Of a stretch of DNA of 64,000 nucleotides, positions 62,735-64,000 are shown one piece after another; the stretch's first letter is position 1; every line of letters begins with the position of its first letter. The stretch is from Euryarchaeota archaeon TMED192 (GTDB lineage: Archaea; Thermoplasmatota; Poseidoniia; Poseidoniales; Thalassarchaeaceae). The stretch spans positions 44,462 through 108,461 of the forward strand of contig NHIP02000014.1 in NCBI GenBank assembly GCA_002170775.2, in the 5' to 3' direction. Under the pieces are notes generated by a model. The model was not told the DNA's origin. It did no database searches and worked only from the letters and a program-made list of their open reading frames with translations. Position numbers and translations under genes: made by a program.

Positions 62735-63831
62735 GTCTTGGAGATAACATACGCGTAACCCTCTTCGGGGAGAGCCACGGCCCGTCCGTGGGGGCACTTC
62801 TTGAAGGAATACCCGCAGGAACCAAAATAGACAATGATGCTCTAGTAAGGGAGTTGGAACGTAGAAAGCCAGGAAGAAAGGGGATGAGTAGGCGCCTTGA
62901 GGCGGATCAATGCGAGATTCTTTCTGGGGTCTACGAAGGCCAAGCAACTGGGTGGCCGATATTAATCGTAGCAAGAAATAACGATGCCAAATCAAGTGAT
63001 TATGGCTTTCTTCCAGATCATCCACGTCCAGGCCATGCAGACATGGTTGAGATAGAACGTTCAGGAGGTGCTGCAGATCTTAGGGGGGGAGGATCGCAAT
63101 CTGCCCGTCTTACCCTTGGTTTAGTAGCAGCAGCCAGCCAAACTAGACAGCTGTTGTCCCAAAGAGGAATTCACGTGAGGGCGCATCTCTACTCAGTAGG
63201 CGATTCCCAATCACGTTCGTTGCTCGATCTGAATCAGACCGATGAAACCCAAAAAGAGTCTATGCAACGACTCAATTGTCTTGACTCGGAGGCCGCAGAT
63301 TTATTTTCAAGCGTGATAGAGAGATCTAGGAAGGAACTCGATTCATTGGGTTCAAGCGTCGAATGCATAGTGAGCGGACTCCCAATTGGAATGGGGGAGC
63401 CTTGGTTCGATGGCATCGAACCTGCGCTTGCACGCGCTATGATGGCAATACCCGGGGCACGCGCAGTGGAATTCGGCAGAGGCATACATGCTTCCAAAAT
63501 GAAGGGTTCAGAGCACAACGATTCATGGACTCTTCAAGATGATCGCCCAACACCTGAGCCATCTGCTGGCCACTCTCCGGACGGGGCTCTTGGAGGCCGG
63601 TCAACAGGAGCGCCACTTCGCATAGTCGTACACTTCAAACCTCCCAGCAGCATCCCCCGCCCTCAATCTACTCTTCATCTCCCTAGTGGGGAACAACGAC
63701 CGTTGAAGGTGACAGGGAGACATGATCCAGTAATCGGCCCACGAGCTGTCCCGGTGACTGAGGCCGCTGCAATACTCGTAATTGCTGATCTTTTGACCTT
63801 GTCAGGGCAGTTTGAAGATAACTCAGCGTGA
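62725..63831 (+). CDS. aroC: Chorismate synthase
   Basis: TLFGESHG, RRKPG, PRPGHAD, GGGSQSAR, GMGEPWFD, FKPPSSI, GRHDP. Confidence 0.96.
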   Translation: MGMSLGDNIRVTLFGESHGPSVGALLEGIPAGTKIDNDALVRELERRKPGRKGMSRRLEADQCEILSGVYEGQATGWPILIVARNNDAKSSDYGFLPDHPRPGHADMVEIERSGGAADLRGGGSQSARLTLGLVAAASQTRQLLSQRGIHVRAHLYSVGDSQSRSLLDLNQTDETQKESMQRLNCLDSEAADLFSSVIERSRKELDSLGSSVECIVSGLPIGMGEPWFDGIEPALARAMMAIPGARAVEFGRGIHASKMKGSEHNDSWTLQDDRPTPEPSAGHSPDGALGGRSTGAPLRIVVHFKPPSSIPRPQSTLHLPSGEQRPLKVTGRHDPVIGPRAVPVTEAAAILVIADLLTLSGQFEDNSA

Positions 63832-64000
63832 CTATTCTGCACGGCCTTCCTGGAATTTCTGTATTCTCGCTGGAAGGTTGACGCTGAAGGATATTGCTAT
63901 TATGCCAAAAACCATTGCTGTTCCAAGCGCTACACCATACACGCTAGTCAACTCAACACTTTCACTGAGCCTGTTCGATGCGACTTCATCGAAGAACCCT
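63832..64000 (-). CDS. C-terminal fragment of a membrane protein entering from the right edge
   Basis: Open frame to TAG at 63832: ..GFFDEVASNRLSESVELTSVYGVALGTAMVFGIIAISFSVNLPARIQKFQEGRAE*, convergent with aroC. Confidence 0.6.
   Translation of the reverse strand, partial: GFFDEVASNRLSESVELTSVYGVALGTAMVFGIIAISFSVNLPARIQKFQEGRAE

Overview
A gene-dense archaeal core-genome segment with about 47 CDS and 3 intron-less, CCA-encoding tRNAs (Ser-GCT, Gln-CTG, Leu-TAG). I found no integrase, transposase, CRISPR array, rRNA or clear pseudogene. Archaeal markers are the ADH synthase/DHQ synthase II/GHMP shikimate kinase route, a Gar1-like protein, an A1-U72 tRNA-Gln and TATA-like boxes. They occur with bacterial-type genes (gyrBA, gpsA, sufCBD, xth, LemA) and several very large membrane-anchored PKD/CARDB/FG-GAP proteins. 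This mix points to Marine Group II Euryarchaeota (Ca. Poseidoniales); the taxonomy is inferred, not searched. Housekeeping content: a shikimate pathway split across both ends (aroA, aroD; aroA', aroB', aroK, aroC), gyrase, SUF plus an Nfu-like carrier, a 2-oxoacid:ferredoxin oxidoreductase, aconitase and two ABC systems. Three ORFs are missing from the supplied track: an edge-truncated ELWxxDGT protein (1..1356), a 45-aa Cys-rich microprotein after sufD (19040..19177) and an edge-truncated membrane protein (63832..64000). The best candidates for undescribed biology are a dTMP kinase-winged helix fusion, a membrane-embedded Smr-like domain, a Gar1-RanBP2 zinc-finger fusion, a membrane-anchored glutaminyl cyclase next to a predicted N-terminal-Gln substrate, and structured cytoplasmic tails on giant single-pass surface proteins. 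All were recognised by eye from motifs and need HMM or structure searches.
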